Assembly: GCA_047946875.1 (NCBI GenBank)
Contig: CP181398.1
Span: forward strand, 271,154 to 335,153
Length of the DNA stretch: 64,000 bases
DNA from: Candidatus Kerfeldbacteria bacterium
GTDB taxonomy: Bacteria > Patescibacteriota > Patescibacteriia > UBA10025 > JAHIVO01
Reading direction: 5' to 3'
Of this stretch, positions 30,062 through 39,876 are shown one piece after another. The notes beneath the pieces are model-generated. The model did not search any database and had not been told where the DNA came from. It worked only from the letters and a program-made list of their open reading frames with translations. Both the position numbers and the translations under genes were made by a program. Position 1 is the stretch's first letter, and each line of letters starts with the position of its first letter.

Positions 30062-31798
30062 ATGAATAATTTTAGTTGGAAATTAGGAGGAGAGGCTGGT
30101 TATGGAATATTATCTGCTGGCGCCATGTTTAGTCGAGCTATGTTGAGAGCAGGGTTATACGTTTTTGATTATCCTGAGTATCCATCATTAATTAGGGGAG
30201 GGCATAATACTTTTGAAGTAAGTGTTTCTGATAAAAAAATATTTGCTCCAAGGAGACCAATAAATATATTAGTTGCACTAAATGAAGAGGCAGTTCTTCA
30301 ACATAAAAATGAATTATCTGATGATGCTGCAATTATATATAATTCTAATAATACTACGGTCAAAAAAGAAGAATTTAAAGATACATTGCATATTATTGAA
30401 ATGCCTTTAGATGATATTGCAGTTAAAGCTGGTGCAGAAAAAATTGCTAGAAATGTTGTTTCTTTAGGGGCGACATTCTCATTATTAGGATTACCTTTTG
30501 AGCATATACAAAAAATTGTTGAATTTAATTTTAAATTAAAGAAAAAAGACGATAAAATAATTACTACCAATCTTGCAGCAGCAAAAGCCGGTTATGATTA
30601 TATTAAAGAAGATATTAAAAAAGATTTTCATTATAAAGCTACTACTCAAGATAACCCAGGTAGGATGATAATGACCGGTAATGATGCGATTTCTTGGGGA
30701 GCTATACAAGCAGGTTGTAAATTTTATTCAGCATATCCAATGACTCCTGCAAGCTCAATATTACATACATTTGCTGCTAATGCTAGAAAACATAAATTAG
30801 TTGTTAAACATGTGGAAGATGAAATATCGGCTATCAATACAGCTATAGGGGCATCTTATGCTGGAGTACGGTCAATGACAGGTACTTCTGGGGGTGGATT
30901 TGCATTAATGACAGAAGCTTGGGGGATGGCTGCTATTATGGAAATACCTTTAGTTGTAGTAGAAGCGATGCGCGGTGGTCCATCAACTGGTGTACCTACC
31001 TGGACTTCTCAAGCAGATTTAAAATTTTTGTTATCTGCTTCTCAAGGTGAATTTCCACGTTTTGTAATAGCGCCTGGTGATGTTGAACAATGTTATAATT
31101 TAATTCAGGATGCATTCAATATTGCTGAAAAATATCAAACGCCTGTAATGTTTATAACTGATAAAATGTTAGCTTCTAGTCATAAATGGTTAGAACAAAA
31201 AGATTTGCAAAAAGTAAAGATTGATAGAGGCAAAGTTCTAACAGAAAAAGAGTTAGAGGGTATAGATGAATACAAACGTTTTGCTTTCCGAGATGACGGT
31301 ATTTCTCCAAGATCTTTGCCGGGTATGAAGGGTGGAGAGTATGTATCAAATAGTGATGAGCATGATGAATTTGGCTATTCAGAAGAAGGTGCAGAAGAGA
31401 TCACTAATATGATGAATAAGAGATATCATAAAGAATATTTAGCCGAAAAAGAATTACCACAACCTGAATTAGAAGGCGATAAACATGCAGATGTTACTTT
31501 AATTTCATGGGGATCAACAAGAGGAGCAATTTTAGAAGCAATGGATATTTTAAAGAAAGAAGGTATAAAAGTAAACTTCTTACAAATCAAATATATTAGC
31601 CCTTTCCCATCAGAGACTGTTAAAGAAGTTTTTAAGAAAGCCAAAAAAATTGCTGTTGTGGAGTGTAATAAGACTGGACAATTAGCAGGATGGCTGCGAG
31701 AGCAAACGGGATTAACCCCAGATTATAAAATTTTGAAATATGATGGTCGACCATTTTTCACTCACGAATTAGTTGAAACAATTAAAGATCTTAAATAA
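30062..31798 (+). CDS. 2-oxoacid:ferredoxin oxidoreductase alpha subunit (fused gamma-alpha)
   Basis: N-terminal gamma-like domain (GGEAGYGILSAG) fused to the alpha core. Confidence 0.8.
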   Translation: MNNFSWKLGGEAGYGILSAGAMFSRAMLRAGLYVFDYPEYPSLIRGGHNTFEVSVSDKKIFAPRRPINILVALNEEAVLQHKNELSDDAAIIYNSNNTTVKKEEFKDTLHIIEMPLDDIAVKAGAEKIARNVVSLGATFSLLGLPFEHIQKIVEFNFKLKKKDDKIITTNLAAAKAGYDYIKEDIKKDFHYKATTQDNPGRMIMTGNDAISWGAIQAGCKFYSAYPMTPASSILHTFAANARKHKLVVKHVEDEISAINTAIGASYAGVRSMTGTSGGGFALMTEAWGMAAIMEIPLVVVEAMRGGPSTGVPTWTSQADLKFLLSASQGEFPRFVIAPGDVEQCYNLIQDAFNIAEKYQTPVMFITDKMLASSHKWLEQKDLQKVKIDRGKVLTEKELEGIDEYKRFAFRDDGISPRSLPGMKGGEYVSNSDEHDEFGYSEEGAEEITNMMNKRYHKEYLAEKELPQPELEGDKHADVTLISWGSTRGAILEAMDILKKEGIKVNFLQIKYISPFPSETVKEVFKKAKKIAVVECNKTGQLAGWLREQTGLTPDYKILKYDGRPFFTHELVETIKDLK

Positions 31799-32657
31799 TA
31801 TGCCTACACAAAAAGATTATACAAGTAATTATAAACCAACCTGGTGTCCTGGATGCGGTAATTTTAGTATTTCACCAGCCACTAAAAAAGCATTTTCAGA
31901 TTTGAATTTAGATACTCATAAAATCATGATGTCTTTTGGTATTGGTTGTTCATCTAATGGTGCAAATTTTTATAATTTATATTCTGTACATGGTATCCAT
32001 GGTAGAGCTTTGCCTGTTGCAGTTGGTGTAAAATTAGCAAATCAAGAAATGACAGTGTTGGCTGATTCTGGTGATGGTGATGCTTATGGTGAAGGATTGA
32101 GTCATTTCATAAGTACTGCCAGAAGTGATGTAAATATTACTTATCTTGTACATGATAATCACCTATATAGTTTAACTAAAGGACAAATGTCACCAACATC
32201 ACTCAGGGGAATGAAGACTAAGTCTACACCTTTTGGATCTTTAAATGAGCCATTTAATCCTTTAGCTACTGCTATAATTAATGGTGCTACATTTGTTGCT
32301 CAAGGTTTTTCTGGTGATATCGCTCATCTTACAGAGTTGATTAAACTCGGTATACAGCATAAAGGTTTTGCATTGATAAATATTTTACAAATATGTCCAA
32401 CCTTTAATAAGTTTAATACTTTTGATTGGTATAAAGAAAGAACATTTCATGTAGAGGATGTACAGCATGATAAGAATGACAAAGATAAGGCTATTGATTT
32501 AGTAACTAAGGATGATGAAAAATTACCACTTGGTGTAATATATCAAGCTGATAAGCCAACTTTTGGGGAACAATTACCTCAGATTGAAGATGAAACATTG
32601 GTTAAACAATCCATTGAAAATATTGACATTTCAGAGTCATTAGAAAATTATAAGTAA
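31773..32657 (+). CDS. 2-oxoacid:ferredoxin oxidoreductase beta subunit (TPP-binding)
   Basis: CPGCGNFSI and GDGDAYGEG TPP motif. Confidence 0.8.
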   Translation: MKQLKILNNMPTQKDYTSNYKPTWCPGCGNFSISPATKKAFSDLNLDTHKIMMSFGIGCSSNGANFYNLYSVHGIHGRALPVAVGVKLANQEMTVLADSGDGDAYGEGLSHFISTARSDVNITYLVHDNHLYSLTKGQMSPTSLRGMKTKSTPFGSLNEPFNPLATAIINGATFVAQGFSGDIAHLTELIKLGIQHKGFALINILQICPTFNKFNTFDWYKERTFHVEDVQHDKNDKDKAIDLVTKDDEKLPLGVIYQADKPTFGEQLPQIEDETLVKQSIENIDISESLENYK

Positions 32658-32665
32658 GTAAAAGT

Positions 32666-33601
32666 ATGAGAGTATTGGTTTCAGGGTCATTGGCTTATGA
32701 TAGGATCATGGATTTTCAAGGTAAATTTCAAGATCATATTTTGCCAGATAAGATTCATATTATTAACGTAAGTTTTTTTATTCCGCAATTACGTCAGAGT
32801 TACGGTGGAACGGCTGGTAATATTGCTTATACATTATCTCTCCTAAAAGAAGAGCCAGTTTTGTTATGTACTCATGGTAACGATTTTAGTGAATATGAAG
32901 CTTGGTGTAAAAAAAATAATATTATAACTCAGTTTTCAAAGCAGATGAAAGATTTACCAACGGCGTCTGTTTATATAATTACTGATAGAAGTGATAATCA
33001 GATTTCTGCCTTTTATCCAGGAGCAATGATTCATTCTAATGGACCTATCTCAAAAGGTTTGTTAAGAAGGGCTGGTTTTGCTATCGTCTCACCAGGTAAT
33101 GTTGAGGATATGAATAAATACGCAAAATTATATAAAAAAGAAAAAACTAAATATATTTACGACCCTGGTCAGCAGATAACTAATTTATCAAAAAAAGATT
33201 TAATATTTGGTATCAATGGTTCAGATGTATTTATTTCTAATGATTATGAGTTATCAATGGTTTTGAAGAAAACAAGATTGACTGAGAAAAAAATATTAAA
33301 TATGTCTAAAGTGTTAATTACCACTTTAGGTGATAAGGGTTCAATAATTAAAACTAAAACACGCAATTATAAAATACCAGTAGCAAAACCAAAGAAAGTA
33401 TTAGATCCTACTGGCGCTGGTGATGCTTATCGAGCTGGATTGATAAGAGCTTTAGTAAATAATTTTGATTTACCAAAAGCGGGGAGATTAGCAGCTTTAA
33501 CTAGTGTTTATGCAGTAGAGAATTATGGTACTCAATCTCATAGTTTCAAATTAGCCGATTTAAAGAAGCGTTTCAAACAAAATTTTAAGGAGAATTTGTA
33601 A
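32666..33601 (+). CDS. PfkB-family carbohydrate/nucleoside kinase
   Basis: DPTGAGDAYRAG motif and ribokinase-like fold. Confidence 0.7.
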   Translation: MRVLVSGSLAYDRIMDFQGKFQDHILPDKIHIINVSFFIPQLRQSYGGTAGNIAYTLSLLKEEPVLLCTHGNDFSEYEAWCKKNNIITQFSKQMKDLPTASVYIITDRSDNQISAFYPGAMIHSNGPISKGLLRRAGFAIVSPGNVEDMNKYAKLYKKEKTKYIYDPGQQITNLSKKDLIFGINGSDVFISNDYELSMVLKKTRLTEKKILNMSKVLITTLGDKGSIIKTKTRNYKIPVAKPKKVLDPTGAGDAYRAGLIRALVNNFDLPKAGRLAALTSVYAVENYGTQSHSFKLADLKKRFKQNFKENL

Positions 33602-33698
33602 ATATTAATTTTAAACATAGGATTGCATTAAATATTGACTGTTTTATTATATTCTGTTAAACTTTTTTGAAAAGAAAAAAAGAACTTTGATATAGGAG

Positions 33699-34265
33699 GT
33701 GGTAATGTTTCTTTGGTTAGAAAAGTTATTTGCCATTAAAGACGATAGATTGCCCATTAATGCGGATGTTGTAATAGGTATTGGTATTGATGTATCAAAA
33801 GATGGTAGATCAGCAAGTCCCTATTCAAAATCTGTAGCTGAAAAGTGCTTAAAGTTATATAAGCAGGACAAAATAGCTAATGTGTTATTGGTAGGAGGTT
33901 ACCCAGTTGGTTTAGCTCTCAATGAGGCACAGGCTATGAGAAATTGTATTAGTCGTTCAGTAGATGTTGATAGTCTATTTTTGGAGGAAAACAGTTTTCG
34001 TACATATTTGAATGCTGATTACTGTTTGCCAATAGTTCAGAAACATGGATGGACTAAGGTGATTATCGTTGCTCAGCAATGGCATGCTCGACGTGTCAAA
34101 GCTACTTTTAAGAAGCGTTGGGCTGGTACAGGTATTAAGATCTATGTAGTTAAAGCGTGGTCTGATTATGGTGGTGGATCACAAAGTCGCCTCGATCATT
34201 TTCTATCATTTGCAGCTTGGGACACCTTGTCTTTTATACTTTCGTATTTTAAAGGCTGGTGCTGA
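33699..34265 (+). CDS. DUF218/YdcF (SanA/ElyC-like) domain protein
   Basis: LLVGGYP and IIVAQQWHARR motifs. RBS GGAGGTGG. Confidence 0.45.
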   Translation: MVMFLWLEKLFAIKDDRLPINADVVIGIGIDVSKDGRSASPYSKSVAEKCLKLYKQDKIANVLLVGGYPVGLALNEAQAMRNCISRSVDVDSLFLEENSFRTYLNADYCLPIVQKHGWTKVIIVAQQWHARRVKATFKKRWAGTGIKIYVVKAWSDYGGGSQSRLDHFLSFAAWDTLSFILSYFKGWC

Positions 34266-34300
34266 CGAAGTTAAAATAGATGATTTGTAATAAAAGTCAT

Positions 34301-34732
34301 CTATTTTTTATTTGCTAAATATGATTCAAATGCAGGGTATAGGTTTTCTATTATATCATATTTTTTGTAATCCTTTGGATTAATCCACTCATATTTATAA
34401 TGTTCTGAGCTAAGAGTTACCGCATTAGTTTTTGCTTCGCAATTAAAGAATACTCTGACAATATGCCAAGTTTCTTTTTTTGTTTCTGTAAAAGCTTCAT
34501 TAGCAAAAAATGATTCTTTTATATCTATACCTAAACCTACTTCTTCTCTTACTTCTCTGGTTAATGATTGATGGAGTGTTTCTACAGGGTTCATTCTGCC
34601 GCCTGGTATATCATATTTATCTACTTGTGTGTTTGAAGTATGGTCACCTGATTCTTTAACAATAATAATCTTACCTTTATATGTAATAAAAGCTTTGGTA
34701 GCTACGAAAAGTTCTAATTTTTTATCAAGCAT
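34301..34732 (-). CDS. NUDIX hydrolase
   Basis: Nudix box GGRMNPVETLHQSLTREVREEVGL. Confidence 0.75.
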   Translation of the reverse strand: MLDKKLELFVATKAFITYKGKIIIVKESGDHTSNTQVDKYDIPGGRMNPVETLHQSLTREVREEVGLGIDIKESFFANEAFTETKKETWHIVRVFFNCEAKTNAVTLSSEHYKYEWINPKDYKKYDIIENLYPAFESYLANKK

Positions 34733-35057
34733 ATATTATTGCTCCTATTACTACTAAGGCATCCATAATGATTAAACCTGTATACATTAATATTAATGGT
34801 TTTTCTTTATGAACTATGCCATAAATTAGCCAGATAATTGCTAGCACTGTAAAACCTATCCAAGAAGGAATAGATACGCCCGCTGCTTCTTTATTGATCC
34901 AAACTTCTATTGCTTGAGGAATCACTAAGATTGGTCCTGCTATTCCAGCCGCGTATATTACCTTATCTAGAAATTTGGTAAATTTTCTCTCACTAGGAAA
35001 ATTTTCTAGACGTGGTAAGTGAAATCTTTTTCTTTGATGTAAATGAAATATTGACAT
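34725..35057 (-). CDS. SemiSWEET/PQ-loop-like small transporter
   Basis: Three TM helices with LVIPQAIEVW PQ motif and a basic N-terminal extension. Confidence 0.45.
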   Translation of the reverse strand: MSIFHLHQRKRFHLPRLENFPSERKFTKFLDKVIYAAGIAGPILVIPQAIEVWINKEAAGVSIPSWIGFTVLAIIWLIYGIVHKEKPLILMYTGLIIMDALVVIGAIIYA

Positions 35058-35058
35058 A

Positions 35059-35991
35059 TTAGTTACTATTACTTATTTCTTTAAGTATATCATGGATTTG
35101 TTTTAAGGAGGTAACGCTGACCAGTTTAGATCTATAATTGGTGGCATTAGGGATACCTTTTACGTAAGCGAGTAGATGTTTTCTAATTTCTAGCATGCCA
35201 ACTTTGTCACTTTTTGTTTCGAATAAAAACTGAGCATGCTTATTTATTAGTTGAATTTTCTCAGAGAAAGATTTTGGTTGTTGTTCAGTAAAAACCCATG
35301 GATTTCCGATAGCAGCTCGACCAATCATAAAACCGTCTAAATTTTTCAATTTTTTATTGCCATCTTCTAGGGAATAAATATCGCCATTGCCAATAACGGG
35401 GATAGCTAGCTGTTTTTTTAGTTCATAAATAGGGTTAAAATCTGCTGTATCTGAAAATCCCTGTTCATAAGTACGACCATGAATAGTTAAAAGTTGAGCG
35501 CCAGCATTTTCAATACCTTTACCAAATTTAATAAGATCGTTAGAGCTGTCCCAGCCTAATCTTGTTTTAACTGAAACCGGCAGGGAGGTTGTTTTAGCTA
35601 AAGTTTCTACTAACTTGAATGCAAGGTCGGGTTTTTTACGTAGGGCTACACCATGCTCAGATTTAACTACTTTTTTGGCAGGGCAGCCCATATTAATATC
35701 TATACCAGCGAAACCTTGTTCTTCACAGTATTTAGCAGCTGTGATGAAGGTCTTAGTATTTTTTCCAAAGATTTGGGCAATGATTGGATATTCTGATTGA
35801 TCAAATTCAAACTTTTGTTGTAATTTTTTTGCACCGTGATGTAGTCCATCTGCTGAAGCAAATTCTGTAAATACAATAATATCTTTGTTAACTTCTTTAC
35901 AAACTCGTCGAAAAGCGCTGTCAGTATATCCGTCCATCGGTGCCAGGGCTACTATTGGTTTTTTTATATTTTTCCAAAAATCTTTATTCAT
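35059..35991 (-). CDS. dus: tRNA-dihydrouridine synthase
   Basis: LAPMDGYTDSAFR N-terminus and TIM-barrel Dus motifs. Confidence 0.85.
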   Translation of the reverse strand: MNKDFWKNIKKPIVALAPMDGYTDSAFRRVCKEVNKDIIVFTEFASADGLHHGAKKLQQKFEFDQSEYPIIAQIFGKNTKTFITAAKYCEEQGFAGIDINMGCPAKKVVKSEHGVALRKKPDLAFKLVETLAKTTSLPVSVKTRLGWDSSNDLIKFGKGIENAGAQLLTIHGRTYEQGFSDTADFNPIYELKKQLAIPVIGNGDIYSLEDGNKKLKNLDGFMIGRAAIGNPWVFTEQQPKSFSEKIQLINKHAQFLFETKSDKVGMLEIRKHLLAYVKGIPNATNYRSKLVSVTSLKQIHDILKEISNSN

Positions 35992-36003
35992 TCAATTCCG
36001 ACA

Positions 36004-36951
36004 TTACCTTTTGATATTAAATAAATTTATTAATACTTGTTCAGCAATGTTATTTATTGGGTTTTCAGCAGATCTGCTTTGCATATATATTCCGGGATTA
36101 TCATTTACTTCAGTTATTGCGCCACCAGTTTTTTTATATGATTTGGTAATATCAGTAGTCATAAAATCAAATCCAGCAAAAACCATATCTAGCTCCTTCA
36201 TAGCTTTTAGACAAGCTTTAATGTAATCAGGGTGAACTGTTTTGATATCAAGATTATAGGTAGTGCCTCCTAGGTGTGCATTAGCTCTGTCTCGTAAGTA
36301 AATCTTTTCATCGTCTTTTGGTATTGAATTAATAGTGAGTTGTTGAGCTTTCAATTTATGAAGGACTTCTTGTCCAATAGTAATTGGGTGGGGTAATTTT
36401 CTATTTTTTAATTTAATTAATTCTTTGATTGTTTTTTTACCATCACCAGTTATTTTAGCTGGGAAGCGTTTAGTGACTGCTAGGACTTTATTTTTGCATA
36501 TTAATATCCTATGATCGTAACCAGAATAAAACTTCTCTATTAAAATAAATTTATAATATTTCTTTATCTTTTTAATAGCATTTTTAAGTTGAGATACATT
36601 TTGTATATCAGCAATAATACCCTCACCACCATAACCTTTTATTGGTTTAATGATAACTGGAAATCCTATTTTTTTTGCGAATTTGATGATATCTGAGTTT
36701 GGTTCGTTATAAAAACCTTTATGTGGGAAAACTGGAACATCTCTACTTTTTAAAAATAAATTAGTATGATTTTTTCGATCGGTCATTGCATGAGCTATAG
36801 AATCATTGACATCAGGAGTTGCTTGGTAAAATCTTATTGATTTACTTTTATAAAATATTTCATAGATATAAGAATTGGTAATAGTATACTTTAAGTCAAG
36901 TTTTTTGGCTGCTTTTGTATATATTTTTAGATAATCTCTTGTATAATCCAT
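36004..36951 (-). CDS. ATP-grasp ligase resembling the cyanophycin synthetase N-terminal (G) domain, paralog B
   Basis: RANAHLGGTT...VHP...GFD...TDIT...ITEVNDNPG matches the CphA ATP-grasp signature. No Mur-ligase domain. Confidence 0.55.
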   Translation of the reverse strand: MDYTRDYLKIYTKAAKKLDLKYTITNSYIYEIFYKSKSIRFYQATPDVNDSIAHAMTDRKNHTNLFLKSRDVPVFPHKGFYNEPNSDIIKFAKKIGFPVIIKPIKGYGGEGIIADIQNVSQLKNAIKKIKKYYKFILIEKFYSGYDHRILICKNKVLAVTKRFPAKITGDGKKTIKELIKLKNRKLPHPITIGQEVLHKLKAQQLTINSIPKDDEKIYLRDRANAHLGGTTYNLDIKTVHPDYIKACLKAMKELDMVFAGFDFMTTDITKSYKKTGGAITEVNDNPGIYMQSRSAENPINNIAEQVLINLFNIKR

Positions 36952-36953
36952 TA

Positions 36954-37892
36954 TTATATTTTTAAAAGATTAATAAGAACTTGTTCACCAATATCTTTAA
37001 TTGGATTGACTGTCGCTGTCATATGTATATCGGTAGCGGGATTATCGTTAATCTCGGTAACACCTGCACCTGTTTTTTTGTACGATTTTGTAATATCTGT
37101 GGTCATAAGATCTAATCCTGCTAATTTGAGATTAAGAAGTTTAACTGCTTTCATACTTATTTTAATATTATCTGGATGTACTGTTTTAATATTAACGTTT
37201 TCGGTTGTGCCACCAAGGGCTGCATTTGCTCTAAATCTTAAATATAAGGTTTTATTGAGTGGCAAAATAGATTTCAAAGTTAATTTTTTTGATTTCAGCA
37301 TATCTTTTACTTCTTGATCTATTTTTACCGGTTTTGGGAGATGTTTATTTTTTTTATTGATAAGTTTCAAGATTGAGTTGACACCATCACCTATGATGGA
37401 GGCTGGAAATCTTTTGGTGACTGCTAATAATTTATCGTTAACTATTAAAATACGATAATCCCAGCCAGGATAGTATTTCTCAATAATAATATTTTTATCA
37501 ATTTTTGTTGCAGTAATTATCGATTTTTTTAATTCCGATTGATTAATAATATTTACAGTTATGCCCATACCACAAAGACCAGCCACAGGCTTTACAACTA
37601 CTGGAAATTTTAGTGATTTTGTGTATTTTAATATTTCAGAAAATTTAGCGTTGTTAAATTTTTTTTGTTCAAAAACCGGGACGTTATTTTTTTTTAAGAA
37701 TTCATTTGTCATGTTTTTGTATTTTGTGATAATGTGTGCAACTGCGTTATTTTTGCTACACATTGCAAAATAAAATCTGACTTTATCTTTTTTATAAAAT
37801 ATATCAATCAAAAAAGCATTATGAAGTTTTATTTTTAATCCGAGTTTTCTAGCTGCCTGGGAATAGAATTTAGCGTAAAAGTAAGGTTTCAT
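36954..37892 (-). CDS. ATP-grasp ligase resembling the cyanophycin synthetase N-terminal (G) domain, paralog A
   Basis: RANAALGGTT...VHP...GLD...TDIT...VTEINDNPA. About 45% identical to paralog B by eye. Confidence 0.55.
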   Translation of the reverse strand: MKPYFYAKFYSQAARKLGLKIKLHNAFLIDIFYKKDKVRFYFAMCSKNNAVAHIITKYKNMTNEFLKKNNVPVFEQKKFNNAKFSEILKYTKSLKFPVVVKPVAGLCGMGITVNIINQSELKKSIITATKIDKNIIIEKYYPGWDYRILIVNDKLLAVTKRFPASIIGDGVNSILKLINKKNKHLPKPVKIDQEVKDMLKSKKLTLKSILPLNKTLYLRFRANAALGGTTENVNIKTVHPDNIKISMKAVKLLNLKLAGLDLMTTDITKSYKKTGAGVTEINDNPATDIHMTATVNPIKDIGEQVLINLLKI

Positions 37893-38737
37893 TATTTGTT
37901 TTGTTTATTGTATAGGTATTCAATCATTTGTGCCGCTATGTCAGTTCCTGTAATTTGTTGGGCTCGAGGAAAGAAGCAAGGATAATTTACTTCTGTGAGA
38001 TAATGTTTATTATTATGTATTAGGATATCTACTCCGCCAAATTCTAGATTTAATAATTGAACTGCTTTAATAGCGGTATCTTTAATATCTTTTGGAAATT
38101 TCTTAGTAATAACTTTGGGATTTCCTACATTTGATCTAAAGTCATCTTTTGGTGCTTGATATTCTATACTATCTATCACTTTATCTCCTAAGACCACAAG
38201 TCTGGCAGAAGAAGTAACAGGAATATATTCTCTGATCATTACTTTAGCCTCATCATTTCTAAGATAGTCTAGAACAGAGAATAGAGATTCTATTGAATCA
38301 ACTTTCATAACTCCGACTCCATGGCTTTTACCAGATACTTTAACTATATAAGGAGGACCATTAAGGTCTTGAATTTGGGATTCAATATTTTTTTTGTCCT
38401 TTGTAATGATAAATATAGTTTTTGGGGTAGGTACTCCATTCTCTATATAAATTTTTTCATCAGCTGCAGCATTCATACCACCATGGAGAGCTTTACGATA
38501 ATCCGTATAAAATGTAGCTACTTTTTCATTGAGTAATTCTATTTCTATTTGTCTGGCATAGGGGGTAGTATTAGCTCGATAAAGCGCATCTTTTGTGGTT
38601 GGTTTTTTAAAATTTTTTTCAGGGTAAGTTCTAATATCTACATAAATTAGATCCACCTCGTTATTTTTTTTACAGGCATTTACAAAAGTATCATTGATTT
38701 GTGAATTGGATTCACTGGATATTAAATAAAATTTCAT
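37892..38737 (-). CDS. RimK-family ATP-grasp (alpha-L-glutamate ligase-like)
   Basis: DFRSN, GVDIL and TGTDIAAQMI motifs as in RimK. Confidence 0.6.
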   Translation of the reverse strand: MKFYLISSESNSQINDTFVNACKKNNEVDLIYVDIRTYPEKNFKKPTTKDALYRANTTPYARQIEIELLNEKVATFYTDYRKALHGGMNAAADEKIYIENGVPTPKTIFIITKDKKNIESQIQDLNGPPYIVKVSGKSHGVGVMKVDSIESLFSVLDYLRNDEAKVMIREYIPVTSSARLVVLGDKVIDSIEYQAPKDDFRSNVGNPKVITKKFPKDIKDTAIKAVQLLNLEFGGVDILIHNNKHYLTEVNYPCFFPRAQQITGTDIAAQMIEYLYNKQNK

Positions 38738-39111
38738 AATTTGATATTTATGTTAGTAAAAGTCTAAATATTAGTTATATTATACTAAAAATCAGCCAAA
38801 AATCAAGTTTAGTAATATTTTGCTTAAATTTATTATAACGCCGTATATCAAGCGGAAAGCTTAAGTGTAGATGAATTATAGACTGAGTGTAGAGGGGATT
38901 ATGGGGTGAATATTATTTGATTTTAAACTTTGTAATTCTTTTCATGTACTTATTATTAATCTTTTTAACTAGAATAAATCTTATTTATATCTACATATTT
39001 ATACCGTTTTTAAAGCAAAATTATAGAAATAAGATAAATTATAAGTTTCCTATTGACAAGTTAAAAGATATAGTTTAAACTTATATCAGTTTATTATTAA
39101 TATAAATAATT

Positions 39112-39876
39112 ATGGAAGACACAAATTTAGACCAAAAAATAAGTGGAAAGAGGGAGCGTAGTACGGCTTATCCAGCTATTTCTCTAGAAGACGCTATAAC
39201 TTATAGCGAAAAGTTGATTTTAGCTTATCCTAGGCATGATTTTGATAGAGAATCAGCTGTTAAGGCAATGGGCTTTAATTCAATTAGTGGTGCTTCTGCT
39301 CCAAAAGTTGCTGCATTAGTTCATTATGGACTTTTAGAGAGAGGGAAAGGAAGTACTTATAAAAATACTGATCTCGCTGAACGTATTTGTAATTATGAAG
39401 AGGAGCAAGAGAAAAATGAAGCAATTCGTGAAGCTGTGATGCGACCAAAATTATTTAATTCATTAATAAATGATTATACTAATCGTGCTATTCCCGTTAC
39501 ATTAAATAACGTTCTTATTCGCCAATACAAGATTAGTAGTAAGGTATCCGATAATGCCGTCCAAACATTCAAAGATTCTGTTGAGTTTGCTGGTATATAT
39601 CAAAATGGAGTACTTAATGATTCAGCTGGAGAGTTAAAGGGTCAAAATATGTCAAATGTACAAGCAGAGCCTGAAAAGAAACCTTCTATTTCAGGCCTTT
39701 ATAGTGTACCTTTACCAAGTGGTGCAGTCGTATCTTACCCTTCAGACATTGCTTTCTATTTACAGACAAATGAAGATTACACAAAAGCTCTCGAGTCTTT
39801 AGAAAAAGTAGTGCGGGCTGCACTTATTAAAAAGAATGAGGAAATACAACCAAATGGAGATGTTGCCACAGAATAA
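39112..39876 (+). CDS. Hypothetical protein (possible winged-helix N-terminus)
   Basis: ORF only. Preceded by a TTGACA-17-TAAACT promoter-like pair at 39053-39081. Confidence 0.4.
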   Translation: MEDTNLDQKISGKRERSTAYPAISLEDAITYSEKLILAYPRHDFDRESAVKAMGFNSISGASAPKVAALVHYGLLERGKGSTYKNTDLAERICNYEEEQEKNEAIREAVMRPKLFNSLINDYTNRAIPVTLNNVLIRQYKISSKVSDNAVQTFKDSVEFAGIYQNGVLNDSAGELKGQNMSNVQAEPEKKPSISGLYSVPLPSGAVVSYPSDIAFYLQTNEDYTKALESLEKVVRAALIKKNEEIQPNGDVATE

